Assembly (NCBI GenBank): GCA_963843375.1
Contig: CAWJKT010000004.1
Coordinates: forward strand, 32,001-96,000
Length of the DNA: 64,000 bases
From: an uncultured Pseudomonadota bacterium
GTDB lineage: Bacteria; Oederibacteriota; Muellerivitia; Muellerivitales; Muellerivitaceae
Direction of reading: 5' to 3'
The position numbers were made by a program, and so were the translations under genes. Positions 19,427 to 29,476 of this stretch are shown here, piece after piece. The notes under the pieces are model-generated. The model searched no databases. It saw only the letters and a list, made by a program, of their open reading frames with translations, and was not told the DNA's origin. Position 1 is the stretch's first letter. Every line of letters starts with the position of its first letter.

Positions 19427-20617
19427 CTATAGTTGCCATTCATAGCCTGGGATAATTCTCCGCATAAATTCATCGAATAACGGAACGGTAAAAGCTGTAT
19501 CACCGTGGTTCGGACTAAAAACCATGCCCTTTGAAATTAACTGATTTCGCGTGGGCCCGAGTGATGTGACTTCGCGCTTTAGAAGTCTGGCGATATCTCC
19601 TGACCTATGCGGCCCTGTACCAAGTTCAGCCATTGCGCGAAGGTACTTCTTCTCACTGGGGGTGAGTCGATCGAATCGAACCCGAAAGAAGCTCTCATCT
19701 AGCGCCGCAACTGCTGACGCCGAGGCGACATTGACGTCGTTCAGAGTAATTGGGGAAGTGCCAGCGGTATCCCAAGCGTGCTTGCCCCATTCTTGCAAAA
19801 AATATGGGTATCCATGAGTTACGCGGACAATATGCAAAAGCGCGTCGTCGTTAATCGCAATGTTTTGAGCTTGAACGGGTCTTGAAATGGCAATCTTGGC
19901 TTCTGGATCACGTAATGCGCCAATCTCGGGAAAGTCGAAAAGCCTTTCCGCATACGATTTTGCACGGCCCATGCGTCCTCGCAGCTGGGGCAATCCAGCA
20001 CCCACCAGCATGACGGGTAGGCGCCGCTGGGCCGTACGGTGAAGAGCAGTTACCAGCGCCGCGAGTTGGTCCTCATCAACGTACTGGAGCTCGTCAATAA
20101 AGATCGCGAGCGCGGTGCCGGCCTCTTTGGCGGCATCGCCGACAACTTCAAGAAGTGCGGCGAGATCGTGCTCCAGGTCGCCATTGTCAGCGAGTCCGGG
20201 CTCTGGCTCGAAGTCGAACCCGACTTCGATGTCCGCATACTTTACTTTCAGCGCACGGGCGAAGCCCGCCAAGCCTCTGAGAGCGCGTTTCGCGATGTCC
20301 TTCGTTTGCTCATTTCTCGACAGTCGAAGCAATGCCTGCCGCAATTCAGGAGCGAGGAGAGCGGGTAACGACCTCTCTTCCGGCGCTTCGATGCGTATGG
20401 TGTGGATGCCGATAGACTCTGCGTCGTCGCGCATTCGATCGAGCAGCACAGTCTTTCCAACACCCCTAAGGCCAACCATAAGGATGCTTTTTGTTGGCAG
20501 TCCCCGGCGCGACCGCTCAACGGCAATTCGAATCGTCTCGCGAAGTTCATCGCGGCCAGCGAGCTCGGGCGGAGGAGTACCGGCCCCAGGAGCGAAAGGG
20601 TTGTCGATAGGATTCAT
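19427..20617 (-). CDS. AAA/P-loop ATPase with probable C-terminal winged helix
   Basis: NPFAPGAG, Walker A GLRGVGKT, Walker B IFIDE, GYPYFLQ. Confidence 0.88.
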   Translation of the reverse strand: MNPIDNPFAPGAGTPPPELAGRDELRETIRIAVERSRRGLPTKSILMVGLRGVGKTVLLDRMRDDAESIGIHTIRIEAPEERSLPALLAPELRQALLRLSRNEQTKDIAKRALRGLAGFARALKVKYADIEVGFDFEPEPGLADNGDLEHDLAALLEVVGDAAKEAGTALAIFIDELQYVDEDQLAALVTALHRTAQRRLPVMLVGAGLPQLRGRMGRAKSYAERLFDFPEIGALRDPEAKIAISRPVQAQNIAINDDALLHIVRVTHGYPYFLQEWGKHAWDTAGTSPITLNDVNVASASAVAALDESFFRVRFDRLTPSEKKYLRAMAELGTGPHRSGDIARLLKREVTSLGPTRNQLISKGMVFSPNHGDTAFTVPLFDEFMRRIIPGYEWQL

Positions 20618-20822
20618 GGGGCGATATTATGCATCTATTACGGAGTTTACAAGAAAACCCTAAACTCACTAATATCCGTACCTTCGACTACCGAGCGTAA
20701 CCTACGTCTTCTCTGTTGCGCATAGTAGTTAAACGGGCGCCCCGGCGTGCAGGCGGCGCCCGATGCAGACGGGCGCAAAACCGAGATCCTTATCAGTTAC
20801 TGCTCATTATGGTTTGCCTCGG

Positions 20823-20993
20823 TGGGACAATCTGGGACAGCCAGCCGATGACGCCAAATGACCTAGAATTACGTCGCGTGACGCTAAGTGACTGTTGCTC
20901 TTGGCACTCCCCTCGCATATCGTTGATTGGTAACGCCCTGACCACCGTTTCACACGGCAGGGGTCACAGGTTCAAGCCCTGTACCGCCCACCA
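20823..20993 (+). repeat. Junction repeat A3 (core 20948-20993)
   Basis: Same structure; exact core. Confidence 0.97.
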
Positions 20994-21119
20994 TAGATTC
21001 AAGCGCTTATAGGCGCTTCTTCATAGCTCTTCACGCTCTTCGATCGAATTTGGGACAGTCTGCCGCACATGCCGCAGACGATTCGAACGGCCATGGACAG
21101 TCGCAAGGGATGATGGGCA

Positions 21120-21530
21120 GTGATTCGGACCCCGGTACCAAGGTGGATCAGCAACGAATTGTGCCGTAACTTTGCCAGGGCTTCGCGCGCCGGCCAGCGA
21201 GCCGCCATGCAAGAGCCCAGAGCTGCGACCGCGCGGTACCAATCTCGCATCGGCGCACTTGAACTTCAGCTGACGAGCGGAGTCACGCTGACAATTCCCA
21301 TCCGGCTGATCCCGGAACTCAGGCGCGTTGCGGCACGCGATATCCGTGCTGTCGAAGTCCTCGGCCGCGGAGGCGGCTTGCACTGGGAGCGACCCAACGT
21401 CGATTTGAGCGTTCCAGGGCTTGTTGCCTTCGTTCTGCGACTCGAGCAAACGGCAGACCGCGACCAGGTGTTGATTTGCCGCGACCCACAGTCGTCGCGG
21501 CTCAGCGGTCGCTCGCGCGGCCTTCTATAA
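21120..21530 (+). CDS. Orphan DUF2442-family protein
   Basis: Paralog of 2309-2755 (GRGGGLHWE..VDLSVPGL); no DUF4160 upstream. Confidence 0.75.
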   Translation: MIRTPVPRWISNELCRNFARASRAGQRAAMQEPRAATARYQSRIGALELQLTSGVTLTIPIRLIPELRRVAARDIRAVEVLGRGGGLHWERPNVDLSVPGLVAFVLRLEQTADRDQVLICRDPQSSRLSGRSRGLL

Positions 21531-22946
21531 CCCCAAGCGACGCCGCAGGTTGGTGAACACCGTCGAGTCCGGTGGGACGGGCATCATGGAGCTGTCGCGC
21601 TCGAACTGCGCAATGAGGGCCTCAACCATTTCACGCCCATCAGCGTTTCCAACCGCCTCGAGCGGCGTTTTGTTATTGAGGGCTGGCAATGCCACCTCCG
21701 GCCAGTTCTCATAGTGACGACGTTGGAGTTGCTCAAGCTTTGCGCGCACCTCGGGCTGCTTAAGAAGCTCTTCCTGTTCGGCATTACGGGGCGTGAATCC
21801 GGCGCCAGCCCCAGGGAGGCTTGCCGCGCGCGTGACATCGACGGGGTGCTTGCGCGTTCTCAAATAGCGCGCTTTCAAACCGGAAGTTTTCTCCAGTAGC
21901 TTGCGGAACGTGCTCGCACGGGCCGCGGAATTGACCTCCACTTTCAGTTTACCCTCCACAATGTGAAGTTGTCCGAGCACGACTGTTTCAAGTTCGTGCT
22001 TCGGATGGTTGTGCCGGATCCAGGGGATCTGCGCCTCGATCACGGCACCCTTGGCACTGAACTTCGCTTCCGCCAGAAGTTCCTCGCGGGTGCTGCCAAG
22101 CGCGAGGGAACTGAGTGCATCGAAGGCCGCTTGCGCGGAATCGATCTCGAAGTACAGCGTGCGCGGCTCGATCGGTTCACCATCGGTGTTGTGGAGCTTG
22201 GGCAGCGGTGGATTGAGGTAGGCGTCCGCGAGAGAGAAGTACAACGTGCGTAGCGCGAGGTCGCTCGAGTGCTCGAGCTCCGGACGGGTGCGGACCTGGA
22301 TTAGGTGGATCTTGTAGCTCGGGGGAAAACTGAAAGGGGCAAGACCCTCGACCATCGCGATCCCGGAGAGCGCTACGATCTGCCCGAAAATGATGTCGCC
22401 CCGGGCGAGTGTGGCTGAAGCCGAGCGTTCACGCACGTTGAACTTGGCGCAGGTCAGGACGTCTCGCGTGGTGAAGCCCACTCCGGGTTCGCATTCGCAG
22501 ATCTCATGGAAGCCAAAGGGTGCTATGAGGCAGGCTTCGAGATAGCGCTGCAGCAGTGGATGAAGGCGCCCGGCTCTGCGGTCGAGATAGGCGCGCGAGG
22601 GCGGGACAGCGTAGAGCGTCGCGTCGGAGATGACGTTGCCTTTGAGCTTCTGCGGCGACCAGACGTGGAAGAGCCATGCGAAGAAAAGCTCGGCGTTGGG
22701 CTCGCTTTGGACGAACTCCTCGCTCTTGCCCATCGTGAATTCGAACCATGCCTGCTGGATGGCGTCCACGCCGTAGCACTTCGCGATGAAGTGCAGCATG
22801 TCGCCCGCGTAGCCGTCGATGGCCGCGCGTACGCGTCGCCAGGTCTGTTCGCCGAGTTCGGCCACCGTGGCCGACTCTGAGAGACAACAATACTTGTACT
22901 TCTTGCCGCTGCCGCAAGGGCACGCATCGTTGCGTCCGGGCTTCAT
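21525..22946 (-). CDS. SEC-C motif protein
   Basis: MKPGRNDACPCGSGKKYKYCC; C-terminal WPEVALPALNNKTPLEA. Confidence 0.85.
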   Translation of the reverse strand: MKPGRNDACPCGSGKKYKYCCLSESATVAELGEQTWRRVRAAIDGYAGDMLHFIAKCYGVDAIQQAWFEFTMGKSEEFVQSEPNAELFFAWLFHVWSPQKLKGNVISDATLYAVPPSRAYLDRRAGRLHPLLQRYLEACLIAPFGFHEICECEPGVGFTTRDVLTCAKFNVRERSASATLARGDIIFGQIVALSGIAMVEGLAPFSFPPSYKIHLIQVRTRPELEHSSDLALRTLYFSLADAYLNPPLPKLHNTDGEPIEPRTLYFEIDSAQAAFDALSSLALGSTREELLAEAKFSAKGAVIEAQIPWIRHNHPKHELETVVLGQLHIVEGKLKVEVNSAARASTFRKLLEKTSGLKARYLRTRKHPVDVTRAASLPGAGAGFTPRNAEQEELLKQPEVRAKLEQLQRRHYENWPEVALPALNNKTPLEAVGNADGREMVEALIAQFERDSSMMPVPPDSTVFTNLRRRLGL

Positions 22947-23098
22947 GAGGGCATTGTGGCACGAGCAGCGGGCTTGGCGCGCGCAGCTCGCGCGGTGCGC
23001 AATGCGCCACAGAGCATGCCCGCCTTCGACCTCAGGGTTTGTGAGGGCGTTCCCGCCGAGTGATTGACAGCCACTGGGCAACTGGTAATACTATTGGT

Positions 23099-23335
23099 AT
23101 GAAAGTCGCCGTCTCCATACCCGACGAAGTCTTCAGCGAAGCCGAGGATCTGGCGAAACGGCTAAAGGCTTCGCGCAGCGAGATCTACAGCCGTGCACTC
23201 GGTGAGTTTCTGGGCCGGCATGCGCCCGATCGCGTGACGGCCGCCATGAACAACGTCATCGCCAACGTCGGCGAGAAATCCGAGGCCTTCAACCGGCGCG
23301 CGGCGCGCGGTGTGCTGCGGAAGGTGGAGTGGTAA
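23099..23335 (+). CDS. RHH antitoxin
   Basis: MKVAVSIPDEVF...SRSEIYSRAL; coupled to the toxin. Confidence 0.85.
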   Translation: MKVAVSIPDEVFSEAEDLAKRLKASRSEIYSRALGEFLGRHAPDRVTAAMNNVIANVGEKSEAFNRRAARGVLRKVEW

Positions 23336-23673
23336 TCGAACAGGCGGAAGTTTGGTGGGCCGACCTCGATGAGCCCACTGGGTCCGAACCCGGATACCGC
23401 CGGCCCGTCGTCGTCGTCCAGGGCAACGCGCTTAACCGCAGTCGCATCGGCACCGCCGTGTGCGTTCCGCTGACCAGTAATCTCAGATGGGCCGATGCCC
23501 CCGGCAACGTCCTGTTGCCAAGTCACGAAACGGGGTTAGCGCAGGACTCGGTCGCAAACGTGTCGCTGATCGTCGCCCTGGACAAGCAGCAGCTCACCGA
23601 GCGCGTGCGCAAGATCCCACGCCGCCGATTTGAACTCATTCTCGCGGGAATCGATACGATCCTCGGGCGGTAG
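23329..23673 (+). CDS. mazF: PemK/MazF-family toxin
   Basis: GSEPGYRRPVVVVQ, VPLTSN, GLAQDSVAN. Confidence 0.92.
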   Translation: MVIEQAEVWWADLDEPTGSEPGYRRPVVVVQGNALNRSRIGTAVCVPLTSNLRWADAPGNVLLPSHETGLAQDSVANVSLIVALDKQQLTERVRKIPRRRFELILAGIDTILGR

Positions 23674-23679
23674 GCCGCC

Positions 23680-23844
23680 ATGAAAGCGAAAACGCGAGCT
23701 AAGTCGGAGCGACCTCAAAGCTTCACCGAAGGCATTGAACGGGCACTGCGGCGCGCTGCCAGAGATGCGCGCAAGACTGCTCGCATATACGGCACACCCC
23801 TTTACGTTTGGCAGAACGGCAAGGTGGTCGCCAAGAAACCATAA
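23680..23844 (+). CDS. 54-aa basic protein (not in ORF track)
   Basis: MKAKTRAK...YGTPLYVWQNGKVVAKKP; degenerate paralog at 32732-34350. Confidence 0.6.
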   Translation: MKAKTRAKSERPQSFTEGIERALRRAARDARKTARIYGTPLYVWQNGKVVAKKP

Positions 23845-23874
23845 AGACGACCCTACCCGTCACGGTTCGATCGC

Positions 23875-24045
23875 TGGGACAATCTGGGACAGTCAGACCA
23901 TGACGCCAAATGACATCGAATGACATCGCGTGACGCTAAGTGACTGTTGCGCTTGACCCTGCCCTCGCATATCGTTGATCTGTAAGGCCCTGACATCCGT
24001 TTCACACGGCAGGGGTCACAGGTTCAAGCCCTGTACCGCCCACCA
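23875..24045 (+). repeat. Junction repeat A4 (core 24000-24045)
   Basis: Same structure; exact core. Confidence 0.97.
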
Positions 24046-24125
24046 TCTAAAAGCCAGCTAGAACAATCACTTATAGTGTGACCCCGAGCTAGCTGAATTG
24101 GCCTTTCGGAGGGGTTTTGGGACAG

Positions 24126-24161
24126 TACCCAAATCGGGTATGATTCTACCCAATATGGGTA
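24126..24161. promoter_or_regulatory. Tandem palindromic operator candidates
   Basis: TACCCAAATCGGGTA and TACCCAATATGGGTA at the start of the MNT gene. Confidence 0.6.
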
Positions 24162-24781
24162 AGAGCCAAGCCAAGCCCCGCCCCACTGATGGCGCAGCCA
24201 GTCTGGTGGATGCGCTGTTTTCGACAGTAAAGCAGCGCGTGCTGGGGCTGCTATTCGGCCAACCGGATCGCAGCTTCTATACCGGCGAACTCATCCACCT
24301 TGTCGATGCTGGATCCGGAGCGGTGCAGCGTGAGATTGCCCGCTTGGAAAAAAGCGGCCTTATCACCATGCGCCGCGTGGGAACTCAGAAGCACTACCAA
24401 GCGAATCCTGGTTCTCCACTTTTCGAAGAACTGCGAAGCATCACCCGCAAGACGGTGGGGCTTGCCGATCCACTGCGCGTTGCGTTGACCCCGCTGACGA
24501 AGCAGATCTCCGCCGCATTCGTCTATGGGTCAGTTGCAAAGCGTCGCGACGCCGCAGCCAGCGATATCGACTTGATGGTCTTGAGCGATAGCCTTGCGTA
24601 CAGTGAAATCTACAGCCTTCTTGAACCTGTAAGTGAACAACTGGGCCGCACCGTAAATCCGACGGTCTACAGCGCCGCGGATTGGTCCAAGCGCGCGCGA
24701 AACGGGAATGCCTTTGTGAGCCGAGTGCTGGCGCAACCCAAGCTATGGATCATCGGGTCCGAGAATGACCTCCCTCCTTGA
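24155..24781 (+). CDS. HTH + minimal nucleotidyltransferase (MNT) antitoxin
   Basis: FVYGSVAK...SDIDLMV; N-terminal wHTH. Confidence 0.85.
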   Translation: MGKSQAKPRPTDGAASLVDALFSTVKQRVLGLLFGQPDRSFYTGELIHLVDAGSGAVQREIARLEKSGLITMRRVGTQKHYQANPGSPLFEELRSITRKTVGLADPLRVALTPLTKQISAAFVYGSVAKRRDAAASDIDLMVLSDSLAYSEIYSLLEPVSEQLGRTVNPTVYSAADWSKRARNGNAFVSRVLAQPKLWIIGSENDLPP

Positions 24782-25187
24782 ACGGCTAACAGGTGCTGGA
24801 AAGCCCTGGGCGGCGGAGCCGCCGGACGCGAAGGAATTCGAGGGGCTCAAGCACTCAGCGCTCGCACGCTTGAAGGATGCGGCGAACCCAGTAAACGCGC
24901 TGGAGAGCCGCTTTGATCTCGCCTACAACGCCGCCCACGGACTGTGTTTGGCCGCACTCCGTCACAAAGGATTTCGGGCGCATCACCGTTACATCGTCTT
25001 TCAGGCGTTGCCACACGCTTTGGGATTAGGTCCGGAGGTCTGGCGCGTGCTCGACAAGAGTCATCAGATCCGCAATCTCGGAGAATATGAAGGCGATCTG
25101 AACATCGATGAGCGGCTTGTTGCCGATCTCATCACCGCGTGCCGTGTCGTCGCCGAAAAGGTCGAAGGTCTCCAACGCCCCCCGTGA
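24765..25187 (+). CDS. HEPN-like partner of MNT
   Basis: RFDLAYNAAH...IRNLGEYEG; overlaps the MNT gene. Confidence 0.75.
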   Translation: MTSLLERLTGAGKPWAAEPPDAKEFEGLKHSALARLKDAANPVNALESRFDLAYNAAHGLCLAALRHKGFRAHHRYIVFQALPHALGLGPEVWRVLDKSHQIRNLGEYEGDLNIDERLVADLITACRVVAEKVEGLQRPP

Positions 25188-25235
25188 CTACTGAACTGAT
25201 CGCATCAGCCCTTCTCCGGTCGACAAGCTAATGTT

Positions 25236-25267
25236 CCCTGCTCTCGGACGGCGGGGGCGGCTCATCC
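25236..25267 (+). repeat. Repeat B copy 3
   Basis: CCCTGCTCTCGGACGGCGGGGGCGGCTCATCC. Confidence 0.88.
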
Positions 25268-25337
25268 AAGGATGCCTCCTTTTCGGTGCTTGCCGGTGCC
25301 TGCTCTGGATATCTTGGCAGATTGCCGGCGATGGGTG

Positions 25338-26228
25338 TCATGGTGCTCTCAGCAGCGTCGGGGTGTTACGCGCACGCATCAGCTGCTCGACGTTCGGCGC
25401 GTTCAAGCCGTCGGACCGGCCTTTGAAATAGGTCCGTTGTGCAAGTTCCGGCGAAAAGTGCTCCGTCTCGGCAAAGCCGGCGGTGCGCAACATGGCCGCC
25501 ATCTCCTCGGGCGTGAAGAAGGTGGCAAAGTGGGCGCCGGTCGCGGTGGAGATTCGCTTGCCTGTCTCGATCATTTCGGGCGACGGCGGGACGAATGTCA
25601 GTACAAGCTCTGAGCCGGGTGCGAGGTGTGCGGCCCAATTCAACGTCGCGTCGATCGCTTCGCGCGTCAAATACTGGGTGACGCCGAGCCAAGACAGGAA
25701 CGCCCTCTCATCGGACCGAAACTTTGCGCCCGCAAGCGCAGTCTCAATCGACGTAGTCTCGAAGTCGCAAGCCGCGAAGCGTAGGTTCTTGGGCGCCTTG
25801 ATCCCGAGTTCGGCAAGGCGCTTACGCTTCCACTCTTGTGCGCGCGCGGTATCCACCTCGAAAACAGTAAGGTTGAGTGGAGTCGCCGCATGCCGAAGCG
25901 CAAAACTGTCGAGGCCGGCGCCGAGAATTACCTATTGCCTGATTCCGCGCTCGCGGGCGGCCTCGAGACAATCTTCCGTATAGCGGCTCCTAAGGGCCCA
26001 TGCGGCCGAGATGGCCTTGTTTCGGGTCGGCACTGGTACTCCAGGCATGGGCCCGCGTACGATGCCCTCGGTGACGCCCAACAATCGCGCGGCGAAATCG
26101 TCCTTGAATACCTTGGGTTCACCGTCCACTAATAGGTGACGGGCGCGCATGAGCGCTGCACCGACCGCCGTCATGTCAACGCCCTCGGGCGGCGACCAAA
26201 TGGGTTGCTCCATGTGCGTGAACATCAA
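25338..26228 (-). pseudogene. Class I SAM methyltransferase (LCM-like) with in-frame TAG at 25932-25934
   Basis: Two same-frame ORFs; RQ*VILGAGLDSFA, SWLGVTQYL. Confidence 0.8.
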
Positions 26229-26271
26229 TAACTGCCCCAGTGAGCCAGCTGCTTCGCCTCGATGCGGGGAC

Positions 26272-26784
26272 TCAGCGCGTGCGCGCGATGACTTCGCGGA
26301 AACGAACCTCCTCCAGGCGCATCAGCGCATTGAGGCCGGGCATCCCCTCGGGGCCGAAGGTTCGCAGGTACGCCGGTAACAGCTGCGGCGTGGTGAACTC
26401 GACGAGCTGCGTTCCTTCGAGCCAAACGTTGATCACTTCGAACTGGCCATTGTCGCAGTGCCCGCTCGGCCAGCCTTCGCGGCGCGCGATTTCGTGGATG
26501 TGTTCCTCGGGCAGTTTGGCCATGAAGAGCCCATGGAAGCCGTTGCGCTCCGGTGCCGACTCCGCGTGCGGCATTTCCGTGTAAGCACCTGGGCCCGGCG
26601 CGTATGTGATGCCCCACGGCTCGAGCGAGATCATGGTGCCACGATCGTCGCCGCAACAAACGAAGAGCGCGCCTTTGTTGAACGGCGGAGATGGAGCCGC
26701 GACGACGATGGCGTCCAAGATCTTTGCCAAGACACGGGCCACGCGCTCGGGATCGTGTGCATTGAATGAAAGGTGATATAGCAT
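26272..26784 (-). CDS. Glyoxalase/VOC-like protein
   Basis: MLYHLSFNAHDPERVA...EVINVWLEG.QLVEF. Confidence 0.6.
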   Translation of the reverse strand: MLYHLSFNAHDPERVARVLAKILDAIVVAAPSPPFNKGALFVCCGDDRGTMISLEPWGITYAPGPGAYTEMPHAESAPERNGFHGLFMAKLPEEHIHEIARREGWPSGHCDNGQFEVINVWLEGTQLVEFTTPQLLPAYLRTFGPEGMPGLNALMRLEEVRFREVIARTR

Positions 26785-26809
26785 CTCTTTCTCCCTGCTC
26801 GTTGCAGCC

Positions 26810-27433
26810 TCAGCGTATCTTCTGCGTCCGGCGGCGGAGGCCTTCGGCGAGCGCCGAGAGAGCCTGCTCGACGACAGCCGAGGCCTCGGCGGCATCCATC
26901 CCCCAGAACGTGCGCAGCATCTGCCACGAGGGAGCCGAATAGAGGACCTGCGCCGCGGCGGCGGCACGGTGCAAGATGCGCGCATCAAGCCCGGGCACGG
27001 CAGCGTCGACGCAGCGGAGCATCATCTTGCGGCGTGCGTCGTTCCCGCGCAGGCGCAGCCGCATACCCTGGCGCGACGACAACATCGCATCCACCATCGC
27101 AGTATTTGCCTCGAATCCGGCAAAGGACCTCTTCATGTTTGCCACGAGCTCAGCAAGCGTCTGCGCGTCGAACGTGCCCGGACCGGAGACGTGCTCCTCG
27201 TGCGACCACCAGAAGGCGTCCTCCAGATCCTCCTTCGTCGCGAAGTTGCGGTAGACCGTCCGCTCTTGTACCCCTGCGGCGTGCGCGACCGCGGCGAACG
27301 TGAGCTCCTTCCCCACGGCCACGAGATCGCTGCATGCGTCGAGAATGCGCTCCCTCGTGTCGGAGCGCTGCTGGTCGCGAAGCGGCGAGTGATAACTGCG
27401 CTTAACGGCGGCCCTAGCGCGCTTCGAATTCAT
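26810..27433 (-). CDS. TetR-family regulator
   Basis: LTFAAVAHAAGVQERTVYRNFATKEDL. Confidence 0.9.
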   Translation of the reverse strand: MNSKRARAAVKRSYHSPLRDQQRSDTRERILDACSDLVAVGKELTFAAVAHAAGVQERTVYRNFATKEDLEDAFWWSHEEHVSGPGTFDAQTLAELVANMKRSFAGFEANTAMVDAMLSSRQGMRLRLRGNDARRKMMLRCVDAAVPGLDARILHRAAAAAQVLYSAPSWQMLRTFWGMDAAEASAVVEQALSALAEGLRRRTQKIR

Positions 27434-27757
27434 GGCAGTAATAATGACATGAATTGGAGTGACAGGCAAGCGTGCGCTGCGTAGTCCTTCGCAGTTCGAG
27501 TGATCGACTGTGACCAACGTCCATTGCTTCTGGCCGAAGGTCGCCGTTTCAGGTCTACCGTTGGAACGACGCAAAGGTTGACTGAGAGTCGACCGGTAGC
27601 AGCCATCCTTGCCATTCGGCCCAGGCCCAACCGAATGACGGATTTCGGAAGACCCATCTGACAGCAGGCCGCCACCTTAAGGCCCGCCACCGAGGTCCTG
27701 GCCCTTTCCCTTCAAACAGTCTATTTAAACCCAACCGTGGTTAGGTTATTATAGTCT

Positions 27758-28006
27758 TTGCCAACGGTTCTTCGCTTCGGCCGTGTTCGAGTCATGATCT
27801 ACACGAACGATCATCGTCCCGCGCATGTCCACGTTTGGGAGGGCTCACGGCAGGCGGTGTTCAATTTGAACTGTCCAAGCGGACCGATCGAACTGCGGGA
27901 GAACTTTGGGTTTTCCTGGCCGGATGTAAACCGCTTGGCCAGATCGCTGAAAGTCCACGTGCAAACGTTGTGTGCAGCCTGGAGGACGATTCATGGCAAT
28001 TACTAA
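27758..28006 (+). CDS. DUF4160-family protein
   Basis: MIYTNDHRPAHVHV. Confidence 0.85.
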   Translation: MPTVLRFGRVRVMIYTNDHRPAHVHVWEGSRQAVFNLNCPSGPIELRENFGFSWPDVNRLARSLKVHVQTLCAAWRTIHGNY

Positions 28007-28406
28007 GGAGCAATTTAAGGCGGCAAACGAGCGCGGTGCGGCGGCGATCAGTCGCGGACCGATTGCGCGAGCGGCTCGCTATGATTCACGACGTGGTCTG
28101 ATCGTGATTACGCTCAACGGCGGTTGCGAGTTTGCCTTCCCGGTGGCGCTGGCCGAAGGGCTGGCAGGCGCGCCCCGATCCAAGTTGACGAAAATCAAGA
28201 TTAGCCCGAACGGGCTAGGTCTGCGTTGGCCGCTGCTGGATGCGGATTTGTATGTGCCAGGGCTCATAGAAGGCGCCTTCGGTTCACATCGGTGGATGCA
28301 ACAGATCGGCAAACTCGGTGGTGCGAGCCGCAGTTCGATCAAGGCGAAAGCTTCTCGCGAAAACGGGAAGCGCGGCGGGCGTCCCAAAGAAGGAGTAGCC
28401 GCTTAG
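27993..28406 (+). CDS. DUF2442-family protein
   Basis: GLRWPLLDADLYVPGL, ASRENGKRGGRP. Confidence 0.85.
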   Translation: MAITKEQFKAANERGAAAISRGPIARAARYDSRRGLIVITLNGGCEFAFPVALAEGLAGAPRSKLTKIKISPNGLGLRWPLLDADLYVPGLIEGAFGSHRWMQQIGKLGGASRSSIKAKASRENGKRGGRPKEGVAA

Positions 28407-28515
28407 CGCATCGATTGGAATGAAACGCGCCCGTATGTCCTGCCCGTCAGCTTTGGAGCCATTTCCCAGCAGCCATAGTGGGTCACAACCGGTCCACGAG
28501 ATTTCGCGGGTCTTC

Positions 28516-28688
28516 TGGGACAATCTGGGACAGTCAGCCCATGACGCCGAATGACACAGAATTACGACGCGTGACGCCAAGTGACTGTTGCGAATGGCCC
28601 GCGCCCCTCGCATATCGTTGATCTGTAAGGCCCTGACAACCGTTTCACACGGCAGGGGTCACAGGTTCAAGCCCGGTACCGCCCACCA
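28516..28688 (+). repeat. Junction repeat A5 (core 28643-28688)
   Basis: Same structure; one core substitution at 28675. Confidence 0.96.
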
Positions 28689-28780
28689 TATCAACCGCTT
28701 ACGGTCTGCGTTGCCGGTGCCTTGCTTCAAGGGTCGTCGCGCTCTTGCTACGATGTGCTACAAGTGCTACCGTCGCGGCC

Positions 28781-29032
28781 ATGAAGAGCAGAGTCATCAC
28801 ACAGCGGGAGCTTCGCAATCAATCCGCAGCTGTGCTTCGCGAGGTGGAAGCGGGCCGAACGATTGTCGTGACACGCAACGGTACGCCCGTCGGGGAATTG
28901 CGGCCGATCCGCAGGCACCGCTTTGTGGCTCGCGCCGCCATTGCTGACGCAGCAGCGCGCGCACCTCGGATTGACGCCGGTCGCTTTCGTGCAGACTTGG
29001 ACGCAGTGATCAATCCGCATGTCGATGACTGA
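28781..29032 (+). CDS. Phd/YefM-family antitoxin
   Basis: ITQRELRNQSAAVLREVEAG.TIVVTRNGTPV. Confidence 0.9.
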   Translation: MKSRVITQRELRNQSAAVLREVEAGRTIVVTRNGTPVGELRPIRRHRFVARAAIADAAARAPRIDAGRFRADLDAVINPHVDD

Positions 29033-29426
29033 ACCGACTCGCGGCGTTCTCGATACTTCAGTCGTGATCGATCACGATGCAATCGATCCCAGTCTGCTAC
29101 CGGACGAATCGGCGATTTCCGCCGTAACACTCGCAGAACTCGCCGCTGGTCCCCACGCTACCGAAAACAAGGATGAACGAGCTCGACGCCAGGACCGATT
29201 GCAGTGGGCTACTGCAACTTGGGATCCGCTGCCATTTGATGCGGAATCGGCTCGCATGTACGGCAGGATGTTCGCGGCTGCGCGAGCCGCAGGCCAGTCA
29301 AGCCGTACGCGCCTTGCAGACTTGCTCATTGCTTCCACAGCCGCTGCCAATGGACTGCCGGTTTACACGCGCAACCCTTCGGATTTTGAGGCGCTGAAGC
29401 GCATCCTGAAGATCATCAGCATCTAG
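29019..29426 (+). CDS. vapC: VapC (PIN) toxin
   Basis: VLDTSVVI, TLAEL, DLLIASTA, YTRNPSDF. Confidence 0.92.
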   Translation: MSMTEPTRGVLDTSVVIDHDAIDPSLLPDESAISAVTLAELAAGPHATENKDERARRQDRLQWATATWDPLPFDAESARMYGRMFAAARAAGQSSRTRLADLLIASTAAANGLPVYTRNPSDFEALKRILKIISI

Positions 29427-29444
29427 AGCGAATCGCCCTCCAAG

Positions 29445-29476
29445 CCCTGCTCTCGGACGGCAGAGTTGGCTCACCG
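29445..29476 (+). repeat. Repeat B copy 4
   Basis: CCCTGCTCTCGGACGGCAGAGTTGGCTCACCG. Confidence 0.88.

Noticed and set aside
25932..25934. TAG recoding (pyrrolysine/readthrough) in the methyltransferase
   Set aside because: No supporting machinery; a single change from a Tyr codon or a sequencing error explains it.
28746..28770. TGCTAC x3 as integrase arm sites
   Set aside because: Directly upstream of the Phd start; more simply a TA operator.
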